20,000 nucleotides of DNA from Lama guanicoe (taxonomy: Eukaryota), in assembly GCA_013239625.1 (NCBI GenBank), contig MU053588.1, positions 2,982,452-3,002,451 of the forward strand. The letters are read 5' to 3'. Positions 8,920-20,000 of this stretch are shown here, one piece after another. How positions within the stretch are numbered: position 1 is the stretch's first letter; the number at the start of each line of letters is the position of its first letter. The notes under the pieces are model-generated. The model searched no databases. It saw only the letters and a program-made list of their open reading frames with translations, and was not told the DNA's origin. The position numbers were made by a program, and so were the translations under genes.

Positions 8920-9636
8920 ACTGGTTGAAATTAGGTTTATAAATAATTTGAACATTTCATTTCTTTGTGATTTTCACATCCTCCTCATTATAGATAAATA
9001 AGAGTCTAAAGAAATGAGGTCATTTGCAATGATTACATAATAAAATGTTAGAGCCCAAATAGAAAAACTCTTCATTTTATTTAGTTTCTACTCAATTTTT
9101 TTTAAAAATAACATTCATTTTTTAAAGTTTACTTCACCAAGGACTAATCCTTTGCTGATGTTCAAATTTATTCTTTCGTGTCTGTCTCTTAGGCGAAAAC
9201 ATGAAACATTGCTTCTGTGGCAGTTTCTTCCAGTTTTTCAAGCACTCATGTAGTAGTAACCGGTTCAAAATACTGTTTGATTTCAAAGCATGCAGTTTAG
9301 ATGTACATTCACTAATGATGGCAATATTTCCATTTTGTTCCTGAGCTGTCAGGTCACTTTCACTGTCAGACAGCATACCTAGCAGAGTGTTATTTTCATA
9401 GGTTGGAAAATAATACTGTGGTCGATCCCACGTCTGCCTTTCGGGAAGCAGGGGTGTATGTTTATATTCTTCCATGTGAGCCCTTCAATCAGCTTTGAAG
9501 TTGAACTTCTTGTGGCAGCTGTAACATCTACATTGGTGAATCTGCCCCCCAAATGAAATTGACCAGTTTCACTTGCTGATAGAAATTCAATCCAAGCTCT
9601 GACTTTATTTTGAGGAGACCAAATTCATGTGTATCC
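8920..9636 (-). pseudogene. ZNF277: Processed, 5'-truncated ZNF277 pseudogene (C-terminal CDS plus 3'UTR, which may extend to about 8730)
   Basis: Minus strand reads DTHEFGLLKIKSELGLNFYQQVKLVNFI(fs)QIHQCRCYSCHKKFNFKAD*RAHMEEYKHTPLLPERQTWDRPQYYFPTYENNTLLGMLSDSESDLTAQEQ, matching the ZNF277 C-terminus. No introns; +1 G in the run at 9545-9550; TGA at 9485-9487. Confidence 0.92.
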
Positions 9637-10125
9637 AAATAATTGATGACATAAAATCAGTCATATTCTTTATTCTTAGGATTTATCCTATGATGCCTTA
9701 ACTATGACCCTTTTCTGCCATTTCTGCAGGGTTCAGATTCATAAAGTAATATTTTTATCTACTAAAATTCCAGGTACCTCTATATAATTGATTACATAAT
9801 CACTTGAGTTTTGTTTTTTTAAGTTTAGTTTTATAGATTAGGGTAAGGAGACCCAATTCGCAAATCTCCTGTAACCTAAAATATAGCAACAATCTGTTTT
9901 ACTTGTGAAATATCTCAAATTATACTATTTAGGGGAAAGTTCTCAAATTTTCAGTGTTCCTGAAAATATCTTGGGGTGTTTTTTGAGAATGTTCTTGTGA
10001 CCAAGCCTGAGATGAACTGGGCTCAGGTGGGGATATGCTCCCCTTCTAGTAGGAGAAGCTGAAGGGGCAGACAAAGGGTAAGGATGTGTCATTCTAACTT
10101 GAAGGCAGGAAGATAAAGAAGAGTC

Positions 10126-10480
10126 ATCCCTTATATGTGAAATCGACAAAAAAGACACAAATGAACTTATTATCAAAACAGAGACAGACTCACAGACATA
10201 TAAAACAAACTTATGGTTACCAGAGGGGAAAGACGGTGGGACAGGATAAATTGGGAGTTCGAGATCTGCAGATACTCACTACTATATATAAAATAAATGA
10301 ACAACAGGTTTATACTGTTTAGCACAGGGAACTATTTTCAATATCTTGTAGTAACCTATAATGAAAAAGAATATGAAAATGAATTTATGTATGTATATGT
10401 ATGAAACATGCTGTATGCCAGAAACTGACACATGGTAAACTGACTGTATGTCAGATTTTTTAAATGGAAAAATAAATAAA
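10126..10480 (+). mobile_element. L1 3'UTR fragment (camelid-type 3' end)
   Basis: 'gacacaaatgaactt...gggagttcgagatctgcagatact...gcacagggaactat...gtaacctataatgaaaaagaatatgaaaatgaa...ccagaaactgacac...gtaaactgact' followed by an A-rich tail. Confidence 0.9.
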
Positions 10481-10648
10481 AACAATATGTTTTTATCCTT
10501 TTTTTAAGGAATGATCCAATCTCCCACATGAACGCTGGCTGATTAGATGTAGAAGTCCTAAACACAAATTCTTGCATTTAAAATAAATATTTTTAAATGA
10601 CTCTCAGATTCCTTCAGCTTGAGATATCATGTGTGTGCAGGGGCCAAT

Positions 10649-10665
10649 CACACACACACACACAC
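10649..10665. repeat. (CA)n microsatellite
   Basis: cacacacacacacacac. Confidence 0.85.
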
Positions 10666-12511
10666 CCTCCAGGGAAACTATAGGATCCTGCACAGCATCA
10701 GGCAGGCATCAGGAGCAACGCAAAGAGAGTGAATGACTCACATGATGTCCCTGGAACAGTTGCTCAGAGTGAGCAACTGTGAGGGCTATGAGGGCTGAGA
10801 TGGGGCTGTGGTAGGCAGATGGCACAGAGGAATGGGTACCAGAGAGCTGGATACTGATGCTCAGGAAGGAAGGAACACTATTCCTAACAGAGAATACATC
10901 TCTGCAGCAGCTGCACAGACAGAGTCCCTAGGCCAGGCTAGCTATGCCTTAGCCATAACACTAACTTTGCCCCAGGGTGAGGAATTTTCAGTCTGTGACC
11001 CAAAGGGGTGGGTTTGAGGTTGATGGTGATAGCCAAGAGAAACCTATGATTCCAAATTCAAAAGTTTGTGTCTACAAAATAAGAAGACATCCATGGATTC
11101 CCTATTACATTTCCAGGGCAACATACCTACATCCGAATGAGCAGGAATTGCAGTCATTTCCTGGCTTCCTCCTCTACAGGTTTACTTGCAGACACAAGGA
11201 GTGGATACCAAGTGTCCCTGCAACTTCCCCTTTGTTCAGCTGCTGCCACCTCCTGGCAGATCACTGATAATCAGGGTATGGAGCCTGAGAGCCTGGTCCC
11301 CACAGCCGAGCAGGAGGGCAGGACTCAGCCTCCACTCTGGTGGGGACAGACTCGGTAATGACCGTTCTGACAATCTGGGGGTATCTGGAAAGTTGGGCTG
11401 TCAAATGGAGTTGCCCAAGTGTGGTTGGGACAGAGTTGACGTAGGGATGGGTCAGGGAACAGAACTGAGGCACCTCAGCTGGAAGTGATGAAGAGGTTCT
11501 CAAATGTTTGCAGGGAAGAGGCTGGATTCTCCAGAATAAAGCTTCTCACCCGTTGTTTCAGCTGCAGCAGTTAGTGTCTGTGCACTGGTGTACCTGCTCC
11601 CCTTCCAGAAATGTCAGCCTCTCCTCACATCCACCTGCCGAATCTCACATGTGCTTCTTCACTGTCCAATCTATATGAGGGGTCTCTGGGGTCTCTTTCC
11701 TGCACTGCTGGAAGGGGGAGGGGAGGCCAAATTCAGGAATGGTGTCTTGAGAAGCAGACTGGCAGGATCTTACACTCCCACCATCCTGGGCCCTCATCTG
11801 GAGTTGATGGTGAACTTCGGAAACTACCTGCTCCCTCGGGCTCTGAGAGAACCCGTGCCACGGTGAATAACACATTGTGCCTGATTCTTCCCAGTACTAA
11901 GGTTCTTGAAGTACACAGGAGGACCTCCGTCATGCTGTGGAAGGCCCAGTCTGGAATATTCCACAGCAGTCCAGTCAAGGCCACAAGCACAGATCCTAAG
12001 TGACAGGGCCTTCAGGGATGCAGGCTCATGGCCATTCCCCCCAGTATCCACACCCATGGCATAGTGTCTGGGCACAAGTGTCCAGCCCTCACTGCCCACC
12101 GTGCCTGGAACCATCCCCCTCACCAAGGGTCCTGGGGTTGGCTCCAGGTCACCACTCCATCCTGTCACATCCTCCAAGTGAGGTTCTTCCCAGGGGAGAC
12201 CCTGATGTCTATCCCAGGAGCTTCACCTCGAGCAAATCTAAAGAGCATTTGAGGGCTGGTGGTTGTGTCAGTGAAAACACTTGCATTTGTCTCAGGTGAT
12301 GGAAAAGGTCAGTGTGAGCTCAAAGAGGAGCATGAGTGCCCTCTAGTGGACTGTTTTTGCTAGAAGCAGAGCAAAGAGGGCCCTAGAGAGTTGAAGGATG
12401 AGAGTTGACCCTGGACAAAGGGCACATTCAGGTTCAGAAGGAGGCATATTTAATGGTGACTAACTTATGGCTTCCTGTAGCTCACTAGCTGGTTTTCCAA
12501 AGGGAATAACA

Positions 12512-13568
12512 CACAGTCTCTTCAGCAAGTGGTGTTGGGAAAACTGGATAGCAGCATGTAAATCAATGAAGTTAGAACACTCCCTCACTCCATACACAAA
12601 AATAAACTCATAATGGCTTAAAGACTTAAATATAAGACAAGACACAATAAATCTCCTAGAAGAAAACATAGTCAAAACATTCTCTCACATAAATCTTAGC
12701 AATGTTCTCCTAGGGCAGTCTACCCAGGCAATAGAAATAAGAGCAAAAACAGACAAATGGGATCTAATTAAACTTATAACCTTTTGCACAGCAAAGGAAA
12801 CCATAGCAAAACATAACAACAACCTATGGAATGGGAGAAAATATTTGCAAATGATGCTACCGACAAAGGTTTAATTTCCAGAATATACAAACAGCTCATG
12901 CAATTTAGCAAAAAGAAAAACCAAACAACCCAATTGAAAAATGGGCAAAAGACTTAAACAAGCAATTCTCCAATGAAGACATACAAATGGCTAATAGGCA
13001 CATGAAAAAATGTTCTGTATCACTAATTATCAGAGAAATGCAAATCAAACTACAATGAGGTATCACCTCACACCAGTCAGAATGGCCGTCATTCAAAAGT
13101 CCATGAATGATAAATGCTGGGGAGGGTGTGGAGGAAAGGGAACCCTCCTACACTGTTGGTGGGAATGTAGTTTGGTGCAGCCATTATGGAAAACAGGAGA
13201 TTCCTCAAAAAACTAAAAATAGATTTACCATATGATCCAGCAATCCTACTTCTGGGTATATATCAAAAGGGAACTCTAATTCAAAAAGATACATGCACCC
13301 CAATGTTCACAGCACTATATAAAATAGCCAAGACATGGAAGCAGCCTAAATGTCCATTGACAGATGACTGGATAAAGAAGTTGTGGTATATTTATACAAT
13401 GGAATACTACTCAGCCATAAAAAAGAATAAAATAATGCCATTGCAAGAACATGGATGGGCCCAGAGATCATCATTCTAAGTGAAGTAAGCCAGAAGGAAA
13501 AAGAAAAATACCATATGATATCACTCATATGTGGAATCAAAAAAAAAAAAGGGAAAAAAAGGACACTA
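12512..13568 (+). mobile_element. L1 fragment: ORF2 C-terminal part up to the start of the 3'UTR
   Basis: [40 protein letters not shown] (CCHC region), YIYTMEYYSAIK, KYHMISLICGI, then an A-run and 'ggacacta'. Confidence 0.95.
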
Positions 13569-14900
13569 TCCCCCATGCCTGGGGATCTGCACTGCATCCA
13601 GTGCATCCACTGTGAGCACTGGTTCCCAGTCATTCCCCACAACCACCTACCAAGATGTGGTGGAACTGGCACTCACCAATCCTGGCACATGGTGGTCACC
13701 TGGGCTTTCCCACGAGGCATCCCAGATCTCATCACCGGACCTTATGTCCAATGCCAAGAGAGTTACATGAGGCACAGGGTTTGGTCTGTTCTGCACTTGA
13801 GACAGACGAAGGGCCTGGGGGCCTCATGGCTGCTCTTCTGAGCTCAGACGGGGCCCCTTCTGTATCCTCAGGACAGGTACCCATATCTGCTGGGCCTCCA
13901 TCATGAAAGGAGCACCCAGACCCCAGTGCTAGCAAGTCTGTGTTGAGGTCCTCAGGCAATGAGAAAGAGAGACTGATGTTGGACAAAGATCTGCTCTTCT
14001 CTGGGAGCTGGATAGTAGGACGGGGAGCTAGGGCACATGCTCTCTGTAATTAAGCCCCAGAGGAGAAAAGGGGTGGTTCCTTCCTTGTACCCAAGCGGGC
14101 CTCTGAACAGAAGCCTTCCCTCCTGTCTGGAAGGATGTGCACAGCCCGATAACCAGATGTCCCTGTCTGCCATCCACCTGCTGCAGGGACAGCACCTGCC
14201 TGGGGCCCAAATCCTCAGCTGGGTGAGCTTCAGACTCCAGGGCCTCTGGCCTCACCTCAGTCAATAGCAGAGGCTACAGTGGGGCCCATTTTCTACTGAG
14301 GACACCTACCTATTGGGTACCCCCTAAAATTTGAGGCCCTCCAGGTACATCTGGAGGCTCAAGTCCCAGCTGCTTTCACCCTTCTGGGCCCTGTATCTCC
14401 TCAGCAGAAGTCACTGACCACCCTGGTCACCTCCACCAGCTCCCATTAAGGCTGCTGTGTTCCATGACTCCCTGTCCTCCTGTGGAGCCCACTAAGCAAA
14501 GGATTTTGTTTGGAATGATGAGATTCCAACTCCCCACCATCCCGCTCTGCACCTCCTGAGGACACTGTCTTCCTCCCACATTTTGCTCTCCATCACAGAA
14601 TACCGGGGCCCCCCTGTAGCTGCAGTCCCATCGAAGCTGCCAGCTGTGGCTCCTCCAGCCCTACTGCTCTTCCCACCCCTCTCAATACCCCAGCACCCAC
14701 CTTTGCCAACCTCAAGGGCATCACACCCACAAGAAGCAGCCTGTGTCCCTGTCACTCTTACCCTGATTCAGATCTCAGCTGTCTCAGCCTCTTCCACTTC
14801 TGTGAATTGGCACCCCCAGATTTCTGAGTTAGCCATCAAGGAGGTAGTGGTTGCCATGGAGGCTCCTGGCCCCTTTCTTCCAAAAAGCTAAGGAACCAAG
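13569..14900 (+). pseudogene. POM121L2: POM121L2-like (POM121/NPAP1 family) intronless pseudogene, heavily frameshifted
   Basis: Collinear motif matches across frames to POM121L2 as I recall it: LHCIQCIHCEH~VHRVQFVHRAH; QESYMRHRVWSVLHLR~WESYLKRTIWSLRHPR; HPDPSASKSVLR (13913)~DPCAKETVLR; SVIKPQRRKGVVPSLYPSGPLNRSL~SAFKPLMKNG..SFVPRPGPLKRSL; GPLASPQSIAEAT (14240-14278)~GPLASPQSTGEAT; PTKQRILFGMM~PTIQSTLLGMV. Confidence 0.8.
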
Positions 14901-15203
14901 GCCTTTGTAGGGAACCAGGAGGAGGCCAGGCAGGAACCCTTTGGGCATGCACTGTCTTACTCGCCACACTGGAGAGACATTGGTCTTCTCAAAACCCTTG
15001 TCTTCCCCCCATCTGCCCACTCTTTCCTATCCTCTCCCTGGGGAGCAGACTTGCCATGAAGGCATGCCTCCTCCCTCATCCCTTCCATCTGCTAAGTTTG
15101 TATATATAGGTTTGTTCTCATGTGATATACAAGCTGCTTTATTATCATAGAGATTGTTATAGTCTTTCTTGCTAAAACTAGATGAGTAAGATTTTTGTCT
15201 ACA

Positions 15204-15422
15204 GAAGGGTTTTTACTGTGGAACTACTATTTTGGACCAGATAATTCTTTCTTGTAGGGGATGGTCCTATGCACTGCAGGATTTTAAGCAATATTCCTGG
15301 CCTCCAGTAGTTCACCCACAGTTCTGATAGCCAAGTCACTGATAGAGCCAAAAAATCCCCCACCCCCACAACATTTCCAAATGCTCTCTGGGTAGGGGTC
15401 AGTGCCATCACTAGTTGAGAAA
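15204..15422 (-). mobile_element. MER20-family hAT DNA transposon remnant
   Basis: 'attttggaccagataattctttcttgtagggga...gtcctatgcactgcaggat...cctggcctc...acatttccaaatg...gttgagaa' follows the reverse complement of MER20. Confidence 0.8.
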
Positions 15423-16049
15423 AAAATTCTAAATCTTTAACATTTATCTCCAAGTTTTTTTGTCTTCTCTTGGGGGGAGAAGGGGGTTCCAGGTAAAGTA
15501 GGCAGGACTGTGACCCACCAGCATCACCTGGAAGTGACCTGAATGAAGAGGACCCCTGCTCTCATTTGCTCTTTTTCTGCTCATGGGAATTTTCTCTTAG
15601 CAGAAATTGATCTGAAACTCTGAGTCTGTTCTTTCTGGGACACACAGGAAAATTCTATAAATTATCCCACTCCCACCCCTATTTCCTGGGGAAGAGGAGT
15701 TTTGGTGGCAGAGTATGGTGGGGACAATATTAACAGGAAAGGATGACATTCACAAGAGCCCCTCTCAGCCAGGATAGCGCTGGGCTGTCCTCATGCTGCC
15801 CTGAGGACCAAGGGACTATGGACAGCTCCCAGCCTGTTTTCCTTGGCAAATACAGGAAGAGACACATGAAAATGGGGCTAGGTGATGTCCATACAAATAT
15901 GAGTAGGAAGAAGATCTACCACGGGCAGTAGGCACAACATGGACATAACTTCTTCTTGGCCCCTTCCAGTGTCCTGAGCCCTCCTGGCCTCTTCAGTCCA
16001 GGCTCTGGGGGAATGACACCCATAAAACATACCAACTTTTCCCAACTCT

Positions 16050-16545
16050 TCAGAAAAGCCACCATCTGTTTCATCTCACCTTCCCTCAAGAACTCCCACT
16101 CACCTGCTCCTTGTCATCTTATTTCCATATATACTTCCCCCTCATAAACCTTGGTCCATCAAGACTTGCTCCTGCCTCCCTGTATCTGCATACACAGTCC
16201 CCACCTGGGATGCCCTCTCCCGCTTTTCTCCATCAACCTGCTCCTTCCCCTTTTACAGCTGGACTCATTAGTCATCTGCCACAGTTCATCCCAACCTCCG
16301 CAGGTGGACACTAGGGACTCCCTCTGAACTCCCACCTCTGACTCTCTCCTCCTTTGGGCTGTAGTATGTTCAGGAGTAGTTCCTATACTCATGTCATGTG
16401 TTCTATGGATCCCTGAATACCTGAGAGACAAGCCCAATGAGCCTAGTTGTGATTATCAATGGTACTACTGTTCCTACACAAGGCCCTGGCACAGAAAAAT
16501 GGCTATAAAGTGTTCAGAGTATGAATAAAGGAAAGAACGATGGAT
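16050..16545 (+). mobile_element. Degraded LINE-2 3' fragment
   Basis: 'cctgggatgccctctccc' and the 3' end 'ggccctggcacagaaaaatggctataaagtgttcagagtatgaataaa' resemble the L2 tail. Confidence 0.5.
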
Positions 16546-16681
16546 AAATGGGTGGACACCTGCTTCAGCTTCCACGTAACTACTATGGGAGTGCTTAGGG
16601 TGTGAAGAAATGGACCTTCACATACACTCCCAGTGGTGTATTGGTGCCAGTTTTATGTAAGGTGCAGGATCCTCTCTTAAA

Positions 16682-16748
16682 TTTTTTGTTTGTTTTGAGA
16701 TAAAATTCACGTAACCTAATATTCACCATTTTAACCATTTGAAGTGTA
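16682..16748 (-). mobile_element. Short old L1 (L1M-type) 3' end
   Basis: 'ttttgagataaaattcacgtaac...attcaccattttaaccatttgaagtgta' preceded by a T-rich tract. Confidence 0.6.
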
Positions 16749-16935
16749 GGGCCAAGGGAATGTGGCCCATATGGATCTACCAGAGTTCTACTGTGTTGCA
16801 GAATAGGCCCAGGGTGTCTGGAGTCCTGCACTGACTGCCCTGCAGGTGAGAGGTCAGAGCCCATCTCTGCCCCGGAGTTGGTGTCCAGAGCACTAATCTG
16901 AACCAAAGGGTGACATCAGGATGCATAAAGGTGTC

Positions 16936-16962
16936 TCACACACACACACACACACACACACG
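16936..16962. repeat. (CA)n microsatellite
   Basis: About 13 CA units. Confidence 0.9.
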
Positions 16963-18369
16963 AACTGCTAGACTCACTTGGCCCGAAAATGTCCTCAAGT
17001 AGCCTGAGTGTGGAGACAGGATGATTTGGGGAGGAGAGTAACCACCATCCTTAGACAAAATGATAGACATGCCTTTGTTTAAAAATGATCCTGCTCCCAG
17101 GAGAAGTAACATCATATCCCAGCACGCACCTCCTAGGGAGAGCTGTGCTGAGAAGACATGCATCCTATCTGAATGAGGTAGGAGTGAGTCTCCTGTAAGT
17201 GCAAACACTCCAGACTTCCTTCTCCTTGCTCTTTCTCCACAGATGTGCCAAGGAGCCTCAGCACCTTCTCCCTGCGGAGGCCATAAAGGCAACATGACTG
17301 GGGTCCAAGCTAGGCCGACTCTGACACAAAATCCCTGGATGTTTTCTGTTCCCAGAAACCTGTGGGGTGATGGTGCCCTTCTTCAGACCAGGCTCCCCTT
17401 TGCCAGGTCTCTTCCTCTGCCTGGGGGAAACAGAGCATCCCCTCTCATCTGCACATGGGTCTCCCTTTTCATCATCATCCTTCATTCCCAGTTGCATGAA
17501 AGTCTCATGCAATCATCTAAATAAGATGACTTTTCAAAAGGCCTTTGACCAAGGCAACCCCAGACATCCAGCACTTCCCCCAACTCCATCATGTGTGCCC
17601 AGGTGGCCACCAGGAGGAGGAGCTCCAAGGACACCTACATGCTCCACCTCCTACCTCCTTGCACTGGGATCTTTTCACCCGGGCTCAAGTTCCCTTCAAG
17701 CCAAAAGCCTCAGCACAAATGACCCCATGGTACAGGACATTCCAAGGACAACAGACACCCCCAGAGGGGGACCCTCCATACTGACTGTGTCAGGCCCTGG
17801 CTCACTCTCCTCAGAGACTCCAGAAAACCTGGGACTCTGTGTGAGGTAATCTCTCCCTCCTCTGGGCCTCCATGTGTTGGGACACCTGAAGGCCTTCTCA
17901 GAGAAAAATACTTTCAAGTCTTCCTCACTCAGCTCACCAGGTCACTGCTAAGATTTCCATCTATATATGTTTATGACAGAAACACAAGGTCTCTGCATCA
18001 GAGATGAGACCATTTACTCAGAAAAAGAGAAAGGGATTCAAAGGCTTAAAGATATTGGAATGTGGTGTGGATTTATCATTTCAGACCTGCTCACCCACCC
18101 TGGGAGAGTTCAGAGGACATGCCTTTCACTATATGAGATAAGAGTTTGTAAGGGAGTCCCAGCAGCCTTGAAGAGCTCTGTGATGGCTCTTCTCTGGAGG
18201 TCAGAAATTACAGTGGGAAAAGGGTAATAACCACAAGCCAACAACTTACAAGGGAGTCACAAAAATTAAATAAAATCCATGATAATACAAAGGAAAATTA
18301 CCAAACCACAAGAGGAAGAAGAAAGGAACAAAGAGGATATACCAATTCAACTGCAAAGATAAGTTCAAA

Positions 18370-19230
18370 ATGGCAATAAACACACATCTATCATTAATTA
18401 CTGTAAATGTTAATGGACTAAATGCTCCAGTCAAAAGACATAGAGTGGCAGACTGGATAATAAAGCAAGAACCTTCAATATGCTGCATACAAGAGACCCA
18501 CTTTAGGGAGAAGGACACATATAGATTGAGAGTGAAAGGATGGAAAAGGATATTCCATGCAAATGGAAAAGCCAAAAAAGCAGGTGTTGCAGTACTGATT
18601 TCAGACAAAATAGACTTTAAAACAAAGGCCATAAAGAAAGATAAAGAAGGACATTTTATAATGATTAAAGGAGTGATACAAGATGAAGATATTACACTCG
18701 TTAATATATATGCACCCAATATAGGAGCACCTAAGTACATACAAGAATTACTAACAGAGATAAAGGGGGATATTGATGGGAATACAATCATAGTTGGAGA
18801 TTTTAACACTGCATTAACATCACTAGACAGATCTTCCAGACAGAAAATAAACAAGGCAACAGAGAAATTAAATACTACAATAGAAAAACTAGATTTGGTG
18901 GATATTTTCAGAACATTACACCCCCCAAAAATAGGATATACATTCTTTTCAAGTGCACATGGAACATTTTCCAGGATCGATCATGTACTTGGACACAAAA
19001 GAAACCTCAACAAATTTAAGAAGATAGAAATTATCTCAAGCATCTTTACTGACCACAATGCCATGAAACTGGAAATCAACAACAGAGAAACAAAGGAGAA
19101 AAAAAGAAAAGCATGGAGATTAAACAATATGTTATTGAAAAAACAATGGATCAATGAGGAAATCAAAGCTGAAATTAAAAAATATCTTGAGACATATGAT
19201 AATGAAAGCACAACCACTCAAAATCTATGA
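18370..19230 (+). CDS. Open L1 ORF2 segment encoding a complete APE-type endonuclease domain (286 aa)
   Basis: NVNG, CIQETH, NIYAPN, VGDFNT, SRIDH and FTDHN motifs are intact. The ORF ends at NL* where the consensus reads NLWD. Expression is unknown. Confidence 0.6.
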   Translation: MAINTHLSLITVNVNGLNAPVKRHRVADWIIKQEPSICCIQETHFREKDTYRLRVKGWKRIFHANGKAKKAGVAVLISDKIDFKTKAIKKDKEGHFIMIKGVIQDEDITLVNIYAPNIGAPKYIQELLTEIKGDIDGNTIIVGDFNTALTSLDRSSRQKINKATEKLNTTIEKLDLVDIFRTLHPPKIGYTFFSSAHGTFSRIDHVLGHKRNLNKFKKIEIISSIFTDHNAMKLEINNRETKEKKRKAWRLNNMLLKKQWINEEIKAEIKKYLETYDNESTTTQNL

Positions 19231-19527
19231 GACACAACAAAGGCAGGGCTAAGAGGGAAGTTTATAGCGATACAGGCCTTCCTCAAAAAAGAAGAACAAA
19301 CTCATATAAACAATTTAACCCACCACCTAAATGAATTAGAAAAAGTACAAAAAGCCCCAAAAAGCACCAGAAGGAAGGAAATAATAAAGATCAGAGAGGA
19401 ATTAAATACAATAGAGATTAACAAGACCATAGAAAAAATCAACCAAACCAAAAGCTGGTTTTTTGAAAAAGTAAATAAAATCGACAAACCTCTGGCCAAT
19501 CTCACAAAGAAGAAAAAAGAGAGAGCA

Positions 19528-19866
19528 NNNNNNNNNNNNNNNNNNNNNNNNNNNNNNNNNNNNNNNNNNNNNNNNNNNNNNNNNNNNNNNNNNNNNNNNN
19601 NNNNNNNNNNNNNNNNNNNNNNNNNNNNNNNNNNNNNNNNNNNNNNNNNNNNNNNNNNNNNNNNNNNNNNNNNNNNNNNNNNNNNNNNNNNNNNNNNNNN
19701 NNNNNNNNNNNNNNNNNNNNNNNNNNNNNNNNNNNNNNNNNNNNNNNNNNNNNNNNNNNNNNNNNNNNNNNNNNNNNNNNNNNNNNNNNNNNNNNNNNNN
19801 NNNNNNNNNNNNNNNNNNNNNNNNNNNNNNNNNNNNNNNNNNNNNNNNNNNNNNNNNNNNNNNNNN
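19528..19866. other. Assembly gap (339 N)
   Basis: N run inside L1 ORF2. Confidence 0.99.
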
Positions 19867-20000
19867 TAGGCCAATAGATGAACATAGACGCCAAAATCCT
19901 CACCAAAATTTTAGCAAATAGAATCCAACAACACATAGAAAAGATTATATACATCATGACCAAGTGGGGTTTATCCCAGGGACACAACACAATCAACATA

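Larger units (their letters stand above)
18221..20000 (+). mobile_element. Young LINE-1, 5'-truncated in the inter-ORF spacer, running off the window
   Basis: Spacer homologous to about 6005-6160; ORF2 ATG 18370; a single TGA (19228-19230) before the gap; RT sequence resumes after the gap. Confidence 0.96.

Noticed and set aside
8941..9652. AAATAATT(T)GA at 8941 and 9637 as the TSD of the ZNF277 retrocopy
   Set aside because: The match is imperfect and AT-rich, and the 8941 copy appears to be part of the ZNF277 3'UTR itself (from recall).
13538..13560. A-run as an L1 poly(A) tail with TSD 'aaagggaa'
   Set aside because: It is the internal A-tract at the ORF2 end followed by the L1-type 'ggacacta', so it is not a true terminus.
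3168..13568. The three L1 pieces as one interrupted element
   Set aside because: The order is not collinear (the 3'UTR piece precedes the ORF2 C-terminal piece), and the two pieces overlap in consensus position.
17243..17917. Pro/Ser-rich ORFs (e.g. 17367-17849, 160 aa)
   Set aside because: No recognisable domain; overlapping ORFs in several frames are expected in GC-rich DNA.
19302..19999. Long minus-strand ORFs of X residues
   Set aside because: Artefacts of the N gap.

Overview
Mammalian, repeat-dense genomic DNA with no intact host gene. The L1 3' end at 10126-10480 looks camelid-type (alpaca/camel), judged from my recollection of consensus sequences. In order: (1) the 3' end of a class I (gamma-like) endogenous retrovirus, comprising a pol tail, a small hydrophobic inter-gene frame, a full-length but dead env (289-1819) with the RD114/D-type SDGGGxxDxxR receptor motif, a PPT and a 3' LTR (1817-2230); (2) AT-rich, probable ERV1 internal sequence; (3) a 5'-complete L1 (3168-8190) that stops in the RT domain at a solo ERV1 LTR (8200-8728) lacking a TSD; (4) a minus-strand processed ZNF277 pseudogene; (5) further L1 fragments; (6) a decayed POM121L2-like pseudogene (about 13569-14900); (7) MER20 and L2 remnants; (8) a young L1 with an open endonuclease domain running into an assembly gap. 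The best leads are the reconstructable ASCT-type env, in which all six stops are TGA, and the two-helix mini-ORF between pol and env. No clearly new functional system is proven by the sequence alone.
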